The notes below the pieces were generated by a model. The model made no database searches, was not told where the DNA came from, and was given only the letters and a program-made list of their open reading frames with translations. From positions 2,144,001-2,208,000 of the forward strand of contig OZ243916.1 in assembly GCA_965213675.1 (NCBI GenBank): a stretch of DNA of 64,000 nucleotides, read 5' to 3'. Positions 27,599 to 37,777 of this stretch are shown here, in pieces (position 1 is the stretch's first letter; each line of letters opens with the position of its first letter). The DNA comes from an uncultured Candidatus Binatia bacterium (GTDB lineage: Bacteria > Desulfobacterota > Binatia > UBA9968 > JAJDTQ01). Made by a program: the position numbers and the translations under genes.

Positions 27599-29494
27599 TC
27601 AGCCGATGAGGCCGCCGTCGTCGCGGGTGACACCGATCACCGCGGAGCGGGGGACGGTGTCGCCGCCGTCGGGGAAGTGGCTGTCGCCCTTCTCGCCCGG
27701 GTGCTGAATGCCCACGAACAGGGTCCTGCCGTCGGCGCTCCAGGCGATGCCGGTGACCTCGCACTGCTTGGGACCCACCAGGAAGCGGCGGATCTCGCCC
27801 GTCGCGGGGTCGCCCACCAGCATCTGGTTGTTGCCCTGACCGGCGAAGCCCTTGGCGTTGGAGTAGTTGCCGTCCGTCTGGATCCACAGCATGCCGTTAC
27901 GGTCGAAGGCGATGCCGTCGGGGGAGTTGAACATGTTGTCCGGATTGACGTTCCTGGAGCCTGCGTTGGCGTCCTTGTGGACCGAGGGGTTTCCCGCCAC
28001 CACGTAGAGATCCCAGGCAAAACCGTTGGCCAGGTGGTTGCCGCCGTCCGGCCGCCAGCGGACGATCTGGCCGTAGAGATTGCCGGCGCGGGGATGGGGT
28101 CCTCCCACGGGGGTTGGGTCGCCGCCGGCGTTGGCCTTCTTGCCGCGGTTCTTGTTGTTGGTGAGGGCGCAGTAGACTTCTGCCTTCCTGGGGTTGGCGG
28201 CTACCCATTCCGGGCGATCCATGGTGGTAGCCTTCACCGCCGAGGCGGCAATGCGCGTATGGATGCAGACCTCGGCCATCGAGGCCATCCCGGTGGACTC
28301 GGGGGTCAACTCCAGCCACTCGCCCCGGCCGCCGTCGGCGAACTTCGCCACGTAGAGCCGGCCTTTCTCCAGCAGATCGGCATTATTGCCGCCTTCCACG
28401 TAGCGTCCCACACTCACGAATTTGTAAAGGAACTCGCCACGCTCGTCGTCGCCCAGGTAGACCACCACCTGGCCGTTGGCGGCCAGCACCACCTCGGCGT
28501 TCTCGTGCTTGAAGCGCCCGAGGGCGGTGCGTTTCTTCGGGGTGGACTCGGGGTCCAGCGGGTCGATCTCGACGATGTAGCCGGCGCGGTTGGGTTCGTT
28601 GGGGTGCTTCGCGATGTCGAACCGCTCGTCCGTCATGACCCATCCGTACTTGTCCTTGGCGTCGACTCCATAGCGCTTGAACTCGGGGCTGACCTTCACG
28701 TTGGCGTCGACCGAGGAGAAATAGTCGTCGAAGTTCTCCTCGCAGGTGAGGTAAGTGCCCCAGGGGGTGCGGCCGTTGCCGCAGTTGTTCCAGGTGCCGA
28801 GGCTGCGCGTGCCCGCCGGATCGGCCGCCGTCTTCAACAGATCGTGGCCGCGCGCCGGCCCGGTGATCTCCATGGGCGTGTCCGCGGTGATCTTGCGGTT
28901 GTAGGACGAGTCCTTGACGATGGACCACTTGCCGTCCTTGCGCCGCAGCTCCATCACCGACACGCCGTGAGCGGCCTTGCTCTTGCGCACGTCATCCGCG
29001 TTCCGGGGCTTGTTGCCTTCGCTGCCGAAGATGATTCCGCGGTTCACGTACTCGTTGTTGACCGCCAGGACGACTCGGCCGAGGTGGTTGAACAGCGCCA
29101 TGCCGTCGTTATTGTCGCCGAAGGCCAGCTCCTGGCTGGCGCCGGTGCCGCGGGTCTTCTGATCAAACTCCGTGCCGCGGGACCACATGGGATCGCCCCA
29201 TCTGGCTACCACATGCCACCCGTATCCCTTGGGAACCGTGACGGTGTCGAGGCCGTTGGCCGCCACCGACTCGAAGCCGAAGCGGCTGGCGCCGGCCAGC
29301 GCTACGAGGGGCCTCAGCACGCCGGTGCTCATGACGAACGCGGATGCGGCGAACGCCGCGCCGCCGCTCAGGAATCCCCTCCGGGAGATGGCCATGGCGG
29401 CCAGCTTGCCGAAGTCGGTCTCCATGAGGGGTGCATCGTGGGGTTCATCGATCTCCTGCTCGCCAATCTCCTGCCTTGTGTCCATGTCCAACAT
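27599..29494 (-). CDS. phoX: PhoX-family alkaline phosphatase, Tat-exported
   Basis: SRRGFL; NNDGM, VNNEY, NNCGNG.TPWGTYLTCEENF, GRFKHE, MDRPEW, SPDG, QTDG, EVTG, IQHPG; GGAGG RBS before ATG at 29494. Confidence 0.93.
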   Translation of the reverse strand: MLDMDTRQEIGEQEIDEPHDAPLMETDFGKLAAMAISRRGFLSGGAAFAASAFVMSTGVLRPLVALAGASRFGFESVAANGLDTVTVPKGYGWHVVARWGDPMWSRGTEFDQKTRGTGASQELAFGDNNDGMALFNHLGRVVLAVNNEYVNRGIIFGSEGNKPRNADDVRKSKAAHGVSVMELRRKDGKWSIVKDSSYNRKITADTPMEITGPARGHDLLKTAADPAGTRSLGTWNNCGNGRTPWGTYLTCEENFDDYFSSVDANVKVSPEFKRYGVDAKDKYGWVMTDERFDIAKHPNEPNRAGYIVEIDPLDPESTPKKRTALGRFKHENAEVVLAANGQVVVYLGDDERGEFLYKFVSVGRYVEGGNNADLLEKGRLYVAKFADGGRGEWLELTPESTGMASMAEVCIHTRIAASAVKATTMDRPEWVAANPRKAEVYCALTNNKNRGKKANAGGDPTPVGGPHPRAGNLYGQIVRWRPDGGNHLANGFAWDLYVVAGNPSVHKDANAGSRNVNPDNMFNSPDGIAFDRNGMLWIQTDGNYSNAKGFAGQGNNQMLVGDPATGEIRRFLVGPKQCEVTGIAWSADGRTLFVGIQHPGEKGDSHFPDGGDTVPRSAVIGVTRDDGGLIG

Positions 29495-29600
29495 TTTCGC
29501 CTCCGTGGTCGTTGCGATTCCAGCCGAGCCCATCGATCCGAACCGCCGGGCCTGGGTCCGGGGCATCGGAACTTGATGACTGGAGGCTTAACCGGGGCAT

Positions 29601-29618
29601 GTTACGTTCCCGTGACCA
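29601..29618 (-). promoter_or_regulatory. Candidate Pho box upstream of phoX
   Basis: Minus strand TGGTCAC-ggga-ACGTAAC: GTCAC and GTAAC half-sites 11 bp apart, as in PhoB boxes. Confidence 0.5.
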
Positions 29619-29733
29619 TACGATAAAGAAACGCGAAAATCAGACCAGTGCAGGCGTCTCGTTCGTTGGCCGAACCCGTTCGGGCGCCGCCTCATGCGTG
29701 TTGTCGACGCGGGCCCGCGTGGGTCCGCCCTCC

Positions 29734-29859
29734 ATGTACATCGCCGCCCTCTACGCATGCCTCATCCGGCGGCTGTCGCGCCTCGACCGTGAAGGCGATC
29801 AGGCGCTGCGCGCGGTGGTGGATCTGGTGATCGCGGAGACGCTGGAGGGGATCGGGTAG
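29734..29859 (+). pseudogene. Internally deleted remnant of a YbdK-type ligase 3' end
   Basis: MYIAALYACLIRRLSRLDREG joined to DQALRAVVDLVIAETLEGIG; matches 26561-26624 and about 26900-26960 of the intact gene. Confidence 0.85.
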
Positions 29860-29898
29860 GGGCCGCAGGTTTCGGGTATTCCTTTTTCGCCGCGACGC

Positions 29899-31185
29899 TT
29901 ACTGCACTGGCAGGTCGTCCTGTCGTAGTACATAGCTTCGTGCCGGTCTGCTGCGTTTCTCCAGGACACCTTCCGCGACGAGCCGCTTCAGCCATTCCTC
30001 AGCTTGACGCTTGGTGACCTCCAGTTCTCCAGCAACTTCCGCGGCCCTCTTGGGTTCTACAAGCAGTTGCGTAACCACTGAGCGTATCGTCTGATACAGT
30101 TCTTCGGCGGGATCAAGACTCGGATTGTCTGCTGTTCGTGATACCGGCGTTGCCCATGGTTGTCGTTTCGGTTTCACAGATTCCCGCCAAGCATCGAACG
30201 GCAGAGCCCTTTGGGTCAGACGGTCTGGCGTTTTGCGGATATCGGACTGAAAAACGGCATCGAGTTCGTCCGGGTCTACGGGATTCGGCCACGGTAGTGC
30301 TCCCATGTTTCTCAAGGCATCGAGGCCCTCTGATCCTTCACCCGTCGAACGCACATACACAGGTACCAGATGCAGCTTGTCCAGTTGTTCTTTCGCACCG
30401 GCCCAAGTCCCGCCCTTGTTCATATCCGCGTTAACCACCAGAGCCGCGTCCGCCAAGGCGTAGATTACTCTATTGCGCCGCATGGCGTTACCCGTGTTGA
30501 AACCCGCATTCGGGTCGTAAGGTGATATCAGGGCAAGCCGCCCATCCAACAACAGATTCCTGTGCTCGCGATTCGTGACGGTTTTTTCGAGGCTGTCGGC
30601 CAGCACACCGGTGACTTTGCCACCCGACTCCAGTGCGGCTCGCATGGCCGCCTGGTCAACGCCTCTGGCTGCCCCGGATACCACGGTCCGTCGCGCGCTC
30701 GCCGCAAGACACCCAATTCCGGAAGTGTACTCGACCAATAAATCGTTCACGTTACGCGATCCTACGACCGCCAATCCCCCGCTATTAAGAATTTCCCGGT
30801 CCCCGCAGCCATAAAGCAAGCTGGGCGAGTCGTTCTTCAACCGCGCCTTGAGCTTCTGCGGATAAGCATCATCAGCGCGGCTCAGCACCCAAATCGCCCT
30901 TGTCTGCCAGCGCTCGAACGCTTGACTCAACAGAAAACCCCGGCCCAAGAGACGCTTGAGCCGATCCTGATCGACTATGGGATGGCAATCACCAAGAAGT
31001 TGAGCGGTGTCCGAGCCCACCAGATCGGCGGGCTGCCTTCCCGCCTCTCGGAGATACGCTGCGAGTCTCGTGTATTCCCTCGGCGTAAGGAGGTTGGTTG
31101 GTTCATTTCCCTTGCCGCGTCCAACGATCAAAGGCGCGGTCAACAACAGAATCGCTTTGGTGTTCGGGGAGAGCGTCTCACTCAT
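29899..31185 (-). CDS. DprA/Smf-family protein with C-terminal winged HTH
   Basis: [33 protein letters not shown]; lower GC. Confidence 0.88.
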   Translation of the reverse strand: MSETLSPNTKAILLLTAPLIVGRGKGNEPTNLLTPREYTRLAAYLREAGRQPADLVGSDTAQLLGDCHPIVDQDRLKRLLGRGFLLSQAFERWQTRAIWVLSRADDAYPQKLKARLKNDSPSLLYGCGDREILNSGGLAVVGSRNVNDLLVEYTSGIGCLAASARRTVVSGAARGVDQAAMRAALESGGKVTGVLADSLEKTVTNREHRNLLLDGRLALISPYDPNAGFNTGNAMRRNRVIYALADAALVVNADMNKGGTWAGAKEQLDKLHLVPVYVRSTGEGSEGLDALRNMGALPWPNPVDPDELDAVFQSDIRKTPDRLTQRALPFDAWRESVKPKRQPWATPVSRTADNPSLDPAEELYQTIRSVVTQLLVEPKRAAEVAGELEVTKRQAEEWLKRLVAEGVLEKRSRPARSYVLRQDDLPVQ

Positions 31186-31187
31186 TA

Positions 31188-33254
31188 TCAGCCCCTCACT
31201 TGAGCAAGTGCCAACGGCCACACCTCACCGCTCCCACTTGAACGAAGCAGCCAAGCTGCGACAGTGAAGGTCCAACGCGAGTCTACCATGTCATCCACAA
31301 GCAGCAATGGCCCGTCAGGCAACGCCTCTTCGGTCAAGGTCAACGAGCCGTCAACATTGCGTGCCTGCTGAGGGCCGTTCTCCATCGTCTTCTGTTCTGG
31401 GCGGTCTTCCGTCTTGACTACTACTTGCCGGAAAGGAAGCCCAAGAGAGTCGGCTAGGCGTCTGGCGAAATCAGGGACAAGTTCCGGATGCCGCCGTGAC
31501 GGGATACAAGTTACCCATTCAGGCGCCGGTTCCGGGCTCCAATCTTCGATCAACTCCCGGCACGCCCCAACCAACTCGTCCGAGAAATGACCGTCACCGT
31601 ACTTCCCCTGGCGCACCAAACCGCCCCAACCAGCGTCGCCCCAAACGCATAGTGCCTTGCCGGGTTGAGCCTGCAGCCCGGGATATATTCGCCCAGACAG
31701 CGTATAATGTTGTAGGCCTCCAGAAGGCCATCGCATTCGCGGTTCGAACGGCAGGCTCTTGCGTCGAAGAAAAGTGACCGCCGTCCGAACCAGAGCCGGG
31801 TCCGGCTCCGTCGCCAAAGGCGGCAAGCTTGGCGGAGACATGCCCTCCGGGTCTCCATCCAACGCTCGCACAAGAAACTCCATGTGACCGGAGTCGAGAC
31901 CCACGTATTCCTGCATCTGTTCCTGTTCCCTCTTCCGTAGTTCGGTGAGTCGCTCCGCCCGTTCCCAGAAGCCAGGACTCAGGACCGCGGCAGTCAGTTG
32001 CCACTTGGTCCCATCCCTGGCAATCGGCGAAGGGGCTTCCAAGGAAAGGATCTGCAACGTCTTCTGTATACGACCATTGCTGATGTTGACTGCTTCCTCA
32101 ATTTGCGGAACCGACAAACCGTCAGGTTCCCGCTCAAGGGCATCCAGGATCTCTAGAACTTCAGCACGCGTCGGAAAAGCACTATTGATGAAGTAGTTCG
32201 TGATCCCGGTTTCTTCCTCCCCGCTCAACAACACGCCATACGCCGCATCGAGGGCCCTCCCCGCGCGACCAACCTGCTGATAGTACGCCACTGCGGACCC
32301 TGGCGTCTGGTAGTGAATGACGAATGCCAGATCCGGTTTGTCAAAGCCCATGCCCAAGGCTGTGGTGGCCACAAGCGCCTTTATCCTGTTTTGGAGTAGA
32401 GCTTCTTCCAGGCTGGGCCGCTGATCCGTTTCACTCGTATAGGCAGGTATGTCCAGACCGCGAGAACGGAGCCACTCACTGACCTGTTCCGCATCCCGGA
32501 CCGTTAGCGTATAGATGATCCCGTGACCCGGAAGAACGCGCAATTGTTGATCCAACCACGCAAGCCGCTCCGCCTGACTCAGCAACCGAATCGTCTGAAG
32601 ATCGAGGGAAGGTCGGTTGAGATCGCCACGGGAAATTTTCAAGTCTGGCCCGAGCACTTCCGTCAAATCATCAATCACCCGGTTGTTTGCCGTAGCGGTA
32701 GTCGCCAGCAAGCGAAGATTCGCCGGCAAGGTGCGCACGATGCGTTCGACCAGCCGGTAATGGGGGCGGAAGTCGTGGCCCCAGTCCGAGATGCAATGCG
32801 CCTCATCTATCACCAGCAGTGCAATACGATCTGCAATCTTCCCGAGCACCTCGGCACGGAAGCGTTCATTGGCCAACCTTTCGGGTGAGATGAGCAGGAT
32901 ATCCACCTCGTCCCGATGGACAGCGTTTTCGACCTGGCCCCAATGGTCCTGATTGTCGGAATGAATTGTCTCGGCGCGAACCCCCATCCGCTCAGCCGCG
33001 GCGATCTGATTTCGCATAAGCGCCAGTAGCGGACTAACGAGAAGCGCAGGACCCATACCCTGTTCGCGGAGCAGCTTCGTTGCAATGAGATAGACAAAGC
33101 TCTTGCCCCACCCCGTCTTTTACACGACCAACAACCGGCCGGTCCCGTCCACGACATGCTGGATAGCCTCTTCCTGGCCCTCGCGAAACTCTGCGTCAAA
33201 CTTACCGGAACCCAATCGCAGCAGTTTCAGAGCAGCATCTGGCTGATAGATCAT
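31188..33254 (-). pseudogene. RecQ helicase with C-terminal PRTase (ComF-like) domain, interrupted by an in-frame TAA at 33120-33122
   Basis: From ATG at 33254: ...FREGQEEAI...RLLVV*KTGWGKS...; downstream DEAHCISDWGHDFRP, QQVGRAGR and PRPP-binding LLLVDDMVDSRWT. Confidence 0.85.
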
Positions 33255-33374
33255 GCCTCAAGCTCTCCCTTGTCGTTAGCCAGATTACCAATCGAAGCGA
33301 CGCCGTTGCTCGTCGTAGATTTCCGACTCGACCTAGCTTCTTTGGAGGTCCCGGGCTTCTTCGAATATGACCGA

Positions 33375-33776
33375 TCATCGACGACCCGTTGGCACGACAA
33401 TCTCACACACCGGACCCGTGGCGCGACCGAGCTTCCGGTCGAGGGTCGCCAGCGGGCAACCCAGCGCTTCGGCCAATGCGAGGTACCAGGCGTCGTAAGC
33501 TGTCAGGTTGCTCCGCAAGGCCCATACGCGATCGGCAAACGGCGCGAACGGGAACAGGGCCAGCTCAAGCCGCACCAAGTCCCGGTGTCCGCTGTTGGCC
33601 TCCAGCCGCGAGATCTCGCCGGACCGTTCCAGCCGCCGCAGGATGTTGGTCGCCTCGACCAGCGCCAACTCGGGGGCCGCCAAGGGCCCCTCGGCCACAA
33701 CCGATTCCGCCCACCGTCCCTTGTGTCCCGAGTCCACCAGCGCCGCGACCAGCACGGATGCGTCAAGGACGATCAC
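33375..33776 (-). CDS. vapC: VapC PIN-domain toxin
   Basis: MIVLDASVLV, LVEATN, TAYDAWY, LATLDRKL. Confidence 0.9.
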   Translation of the reverse strand: MIVLDASVLVAALVDSGHKGRWAESVVAEGPLAAPELALVEATNILRRLERSGEISRLEANSGHRDLVRLELALFPFAPFADRVWALRSNLTAYDAWYLALAEALGCPLATLDRKLGRATGPVCEIVVPTGRR

Positions 33777-34009
33777 GTCCGGTCCGCGTCACGGGCGCGC
33801 AGGATGCCGGCAGGTCCGACGCGCGAGCCTGCCGCTTCCTTGCGCTCACGGACGCCCTGCAGCCACGCGTCGAGGGAGGGCCGGGACGCGATGCGCTCCA
33901 GCTCGCAACGGAGATATTCCTGCATGGATTGCCGCTGCGACGCCGCCCGCACCGCGAGTTCGTCGCGCACATGCTCCGGAACGCCTCGAATGGTAATCTG
34001 TACCGGCAT
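33773..34009 (-). CDS. FitA/VapB-like RHH antitoxin
   Basis: QITIRGVPEHVRDELAVRA...SMQEYL; GTGA overlap with the PIN gene. Confidence 0.85.
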   Translation of the reverse strand: MPVQITIRGVPEHVRDELAVRAASQRQSMQEYLRCELERIASRPSLDAWLQGVRERKEAAGSRVGPAGILRARDADRT

Positions 34010-34155
34010 GACCGCATTCTGACATCAGTGACAGCAAACAGCAAGCAACATGCGGCATGAGTATCCCGGGGCGGAGCGGCGCGGCCGAAGATGGCCGGAA
34101 GGCCATGCCTGAAATTGCCGAGACCCGCGATAGTTGCTAGGTTACAGGAAACATC

Positions 34156-34185
34156 GTGATGCTAGCCTAATTGTGATGCTAGCCT
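34156..34185. promoter_or_regulatory. 13-bp direct repeat upstream of the amidohydrolase
   Basis: GTGATGCTAGCCT occurs twice, 17 bp apart. Confidence 0.4.
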
Positions 34186-34238
34186 GTTAGATGTCGGTTG
34201 TACCCATTCCAGCCGTGTCAGGCACAGGAGGTTTTGCC

Positions 34239-35303
34239 ATGTCCGTGATCGATGCCGATACCCATGTCGATGAGTCCGATGCCACTTGGGCCGCGTTGGA
34301 GGGGACACCGTATGCGAAGTACATGCCGGTGACGGTCCACATGTCCGACGACGAGGCGGATCGGGCCGGCTTCAACAGCACCACGCGGCGCAGTTGGGTG
34401 GTGGAGGGCCGGCTTCAGAATCGCGCGGTGCGGGACGAGATCAACCATCCGCCGCGGGTGCGGCGGGAGCTGGACGACGTGGAGGGGCGGCTGGCGCACA
34501 TGGACGAGATGGGCGTGGACATTCAGGTCATCTTCCCGACCTTCTTCATCCGCCACAACACCCAGAACGCCGAGGCCGAGTGGGCGCTGGCCACCACCTA
34601 CAACCGCTGGCTGGCCGAGAAGTGCGCGCCCACCCACGGGCGGCTGCAATGGGCCGCGGTGCTGCCGTGGCTGAACACGGAAATGAGCATCGAGGAGCTG
34701 CGCTGGGCCAAGGAACACGGCGCCTGCGGAGTCTTCAAGCGCGGCTTCGACATCGGCCGCAAGGTCACCGACCCGCACTTCTTCCCGGTGTACGAGGAGG
34801 CCAACCGCCTGGACATGCCGCTGTGCTTCCACACGGGCCACCCGCTGCCGTCGCGCGAGTGGGACCGGGGCTTCCCCATCATGTACGCCTTCGCCGAACT
34901 GGTGACCTCCAAGGTGCCGGAGATGTTCCCCAACCTGCGTTTCGGGTTCATCGAATCCGGGGCGTCGTGGATCCCCTACGTAATGTCGCAACTCGGGGCC
35001 ACCAAGCGCGCGGCGCTCCGTGGCACGGGAACCACCCTGCCGCAACTGCACGATCTCGACCCCGACATCTTCCGCAAGAACCGCACCTACATCACCATCG
35101 ACCCCATCGACGATGTCGAGGCGCTCCTGAAGTTCCACACCGAGGACAACCTGATCATCGGCACGGACTACAGCCACACCGACATCTCGGCCAACCTGAG
35201 CGGGCTCAACGAAGTGCACAACTGGGTGGACGAGGGGCGGATCAACAACGAGCAGGCCGAGAAGATCCTGAATACCAATTCGCGGGTGTTCTACGGGTTG
35301 TAG
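34239..35303 (+). CDS. Amidohydrolase_2 family protein
   Basis: IDADTH, MDEMGVDIQVIFPT, YNRWL, FHTG, IESGASW, GTDYSH; AGGAGG RBS. Confidence 0.9.
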   Translation: MSVIDADTHVDESDATWAALEGTPYAKYMPVTVHMSDDEADRAGFNSTTRRSWVVEGRLQNRAVRDEINHPPRVRRELDDVEGRLAHMDEMGVDIQVIFPTFFIRHNTQNAEAEWALATTYNRWLAEKCAPTHGRLQWAAVLPWLNTEMSIEELRWAKEHGACGVFKRGFDIGRKVTDPHFFPVYEEANRLDMPLCFHTGHPLPSREWDRGFPIMYAFAELVTSKVPEMFPNLRFGFIESGASWIPYVMSQLGATKRAALRGTGTTLPQLHDLDPDIFRKNRTYITIDPIDDVEALLKFHTEDNLIIGTDYSHTDISANLSGLNEVHNWVDEGRINNEQAEKILNTNSRVFYGL

Positions 35304-35333
35304 GGCCGCCGACACATCCGGCGGTGCAGACTC

Positions 35334-36230
35334 CTAGAACTCCATCAGGTCCTCGGCAACCACCACCTCGCCCGAGTAGTGCTTCCTCACCTCCTCGGCC
35401 CAGGGCTCGTAGTCGTCGGTGCCGACGCGGCGGGTGAAGTGGGACAGCACCACCTTCCTGACGGCTGCCTGCGTCGCCAGCTTGCCGATGTTCTCCAGGC
35501 CCATGTGCCCTTGGGTGGCCTGGCGCATGATGCCTTCCTGCTCGACCGTGCTCATGGCCTGCCAGCGGCCGTCCCGGATCATTGCGTTCCTGCGTTCGTC
35601 ACATGAGGAAGTTTCCGTAACCAGCACGTCCGCATCCTTGGCCAGCGCGGTGACGGCGGCGCTGGCGCCGGTGTCGCCGGTGAACATGATGACCCGGTCC
35701 GGGGTCTCGAAGCGATAGGAGTAGGACTTGTAGCGGCCCGCCTTGTCGCCCCGGTGGAAGCTGAAGTGGGTGTTCTCGACGGCGGTCACGCGCACGTTGT
35801 CGTCCTGGTAGACCTCGCCGATGCCCACGTCGTGCCCGAAGAACACCTTGTCCAGCGGCACGCTCCGGCCGCCGTCGGCGATACGGATGTCGGCGCTGAT
35901 GCTACAGTACTTCACCGTGGCGTCCACCAACTCCTCGGTCCGGGGCGGTCCGTAGACGTTGATGGGTTCGGTACGCTGGCCGTCCCAAGCCAGGGACATG
36001 AGGGTGCCGAGACCCGCCGTGTGGTCGTCGTGATGGTGGGTCAGAAAGATGATCCCCACCTTGCGCACGTCCGCGCCGGCCCGGGCCATGCGCCGCGCCA
36101 CCCCGTCGCCGGCGTCCACCACGTAGTAGGTGCCGTTGACGGTGAGCAGGTGCGAGGTCTGCGCCCGCCGGGGGGTCAATGACGGTCCACCGGATGTCCC
36201 CAGGGTGATGAGTGAGGATGGCGTCTTCAT
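35334..36230 (-). CDS. MBL-fold hydrolase (RNase Z / arylsulfatase-like)
   Basis: LGTSGG, THHHDDH, FTGDT, VLSH. Confidence 0.88.
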   Translation of the reverse strand: MKTPSSLITLGTSGGPSLTPRRAQTSHLLTVNGTYYVVDAGDGVARRMARAGADVRKVGIIFLTHHHDDHTAGLGTLMSLAWDGQRTEPINVYGPPRTEELVDATVKYCSISADIRIADGGRSVPLDKVFFGHDVGIGEVYQDDNVRVTAVENTHFSFHRGDKAGRYKSYSYRFETPDRVIMFTGDTGASAAVTALAKDADVLVTETSSCDERRNAMIRDGRWQAMSTVEQEGIMRQATQGHMGLENIGKLATQAAVRKVVLSHFTRRVGTDDYEPWAEEVRKHYSGEVVVAEDLMEF

Positions 36231-36241
36231 GAGGTGCTCCT

Positions 36242-37075
36242 TCAGTCGGTGCCGAGCCGTTTCTCGCCAGCGACGAGGCCGAAGTGGAAGCCGCCACTGA
36301 GGTGAACCCCATCGCCGGTCTTGTCGTAACGAAAGTATCTCTCCTGGAAGCGCGCCTTCAACTCCGGCGGCCTCCGTTCCAGCTCGTCTATTACCTCGAT
36401 CCAGTGCCGGCCGGTGGGAATGCCGTCGGTGCCGTCCTGATCCACGGGGTAGGTGTGGAGATCGTCGCGCACCACCTCCATGCCGCCGTCGGCCATGAGG
36501 CGCCGGATCTCTTCCTGCGCGAAAAAGCGGAATCCGGCGCCGTGGGAGCGCTGGAAGACCTCGTTGATGAGGCTGTTGACGGCCGCGTCGAGCGCGTCGT
36601 CCGCCGCCGCGATGATCGGATCGAGGATGAAAAGGCGGCCGCCCGGCTTGAGCACACGCCTCGCCTCCCGCAGCATGTCCGTGGCGCTAACGAAGTGATG
36701 CAGGCTGAAGGCGACCCACGCGCAGTCGAAGATGCCGCCCTTCAGCGGCATGCGCTCGGCCGTGGCGGCGATCCGGCCGTAGCGGGGAATGGGGTCCGCG
36801 TCCGGTTCGCGCGACACCCGCAGCATGGCCAGCGCCGGGTCGATGCCGACCACGCTCCCATCAGCCAGGTTTCCGGAAACCGGCCGGGCGAAGCGGCCCG
36901 TCCCGGTGGCCACGTCGAGCACGGTCTCGTCGCCGCGCAGCGCCATGGCCTCGATAAGGCGCTCCTCCAATTGTCCGCGGATATCGGACACGGCCGCCTT
37001 TCTGTCGAACGCCGCCGCGTGCGCAGGATCGTGAAACTGCGCGTTGGCCGAGTGTGGATGTGAATGCTCGCTCAT
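36242..37075 (-). CDS. Class I SAM-dependent methyltransferase
   Basis: VLDVATGTG, SLHH, RRVLKPGG; GGAG RBS before ATG at 37075. Confidence 0.88.
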   Translation of the reverse strand: MSEHSHPHSANAQFHDPAHAAAFDRKAAVSDIRGQLEERLIEAMALRGDETVLDVATGTGRFARPVSGNLADGSVVGIDPALAMLRVSREPDADPIPRYGRIAATAERMPLKGGIFDCAWVAFSLHHFVSATDMLREARRVLKPGGRLFILDPIIAAADDALDAAVNSLINEVFQRSHGAGFRFFAQEEIRRLMADGGMEVVRDDLHTYPVDQDGTDGIPTGRHWIEVIDELERRPPELKARFQERYFRYDKTGDGVHLSGGFHFGLVAGEKRLGTD

Positions 37076-37122
37076 GGTGCCTTGCTCCTCCGACAGGTCC
37101 GTCATGCCGGCGTGGTGTCCGG

Positions 37123-37746
37123 CTAGTCGTCCGGCCCCCTGTGCGCGGTGGCCGACTCGTCGACCCAGTCGCCCTCGGTGTACGACAACCCGTCTTTCGC
37201 CGGAACCGTGCGCTCGCGACCGGCCCGATAGAAACGGCAACTCTTCGGACCATAGCAGAAAGTCTCGACCCTGTACCGTTGTCGCGAAGGGTTCCATTGA
37301 TCCAGTATGATGCCGACGGGCATCCGGCAACCCCACATGCACGTCGCGCACCGGCTTGCGTAGGTGCGCGGGCTTAACCGCCGGTGCCCGCGCTCGCGGT
37401 AGGTTTCCAGGTCCGGCGGCACGCCATGGAACGGCGGCGCAGCCGGCGCCTCCGCCTCGGCTTCCCGGAGGACCTTGAGCCGGCTCACCCGGTACCACCC
37501 CGCGGTTTCCGTATTCGGGTTGGCCACGGGCACCGCCACGCCGCTCGCTTCCATGCCGGCGCGAAACCGGTGCTTCGCGTGCGCCCCCCGGCCCACGGCG
37601 ATGGCGGCCTGCTCGCGCTCGCCGGCGCAAGTCCCGTCGACCCGCAGCACGTAGCCGTGATAGCTGTGGGAGCGCTCGTCGAGAGAACGCAGCAGCCGGA
37701 CCCGGGGCTGCACGGAGACGATGATGCCGGACCAGGGTGCGTTCAT
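37123..37746 (-). CDS. Hypothetical protein with a beta-rich N-terminus and a Cys cluster
   Basis: GGAGGT RBS; CATCMWGC and FCYGPKSC motifs. Confidence 0.7.
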   Translation of the reverse strand: MNAPWSGIIVSVQPRVRLLRSLDERSHSYHGYVLRVDGTCAGEREQAAIAVGRGAHAKHRFRAGMEASGVAVPVANPNTETAGWYRVSRLKVLREAEAEAPAAPPFHGVPPDLETYRERGHRRLSPRTYASRCATCMWGCRMPVGIILDQWNPSRQRYRVETFCYGPKSCRFYRAGRERTVPAKDGLSYTEGDWVDESATAHRGPDD

Positions 37747-37777
37747 GCTTACCTCCCGGATCGTCGACTTCGCGCCA

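Noticed and set aside
33285-33372. Possible 3' remnant of a lost gene upstream of recQ (VIFEEARDLQRS*VESEIYDEQRRRFDW*)
   Set aside because: Too short and interrupted to assign without a search
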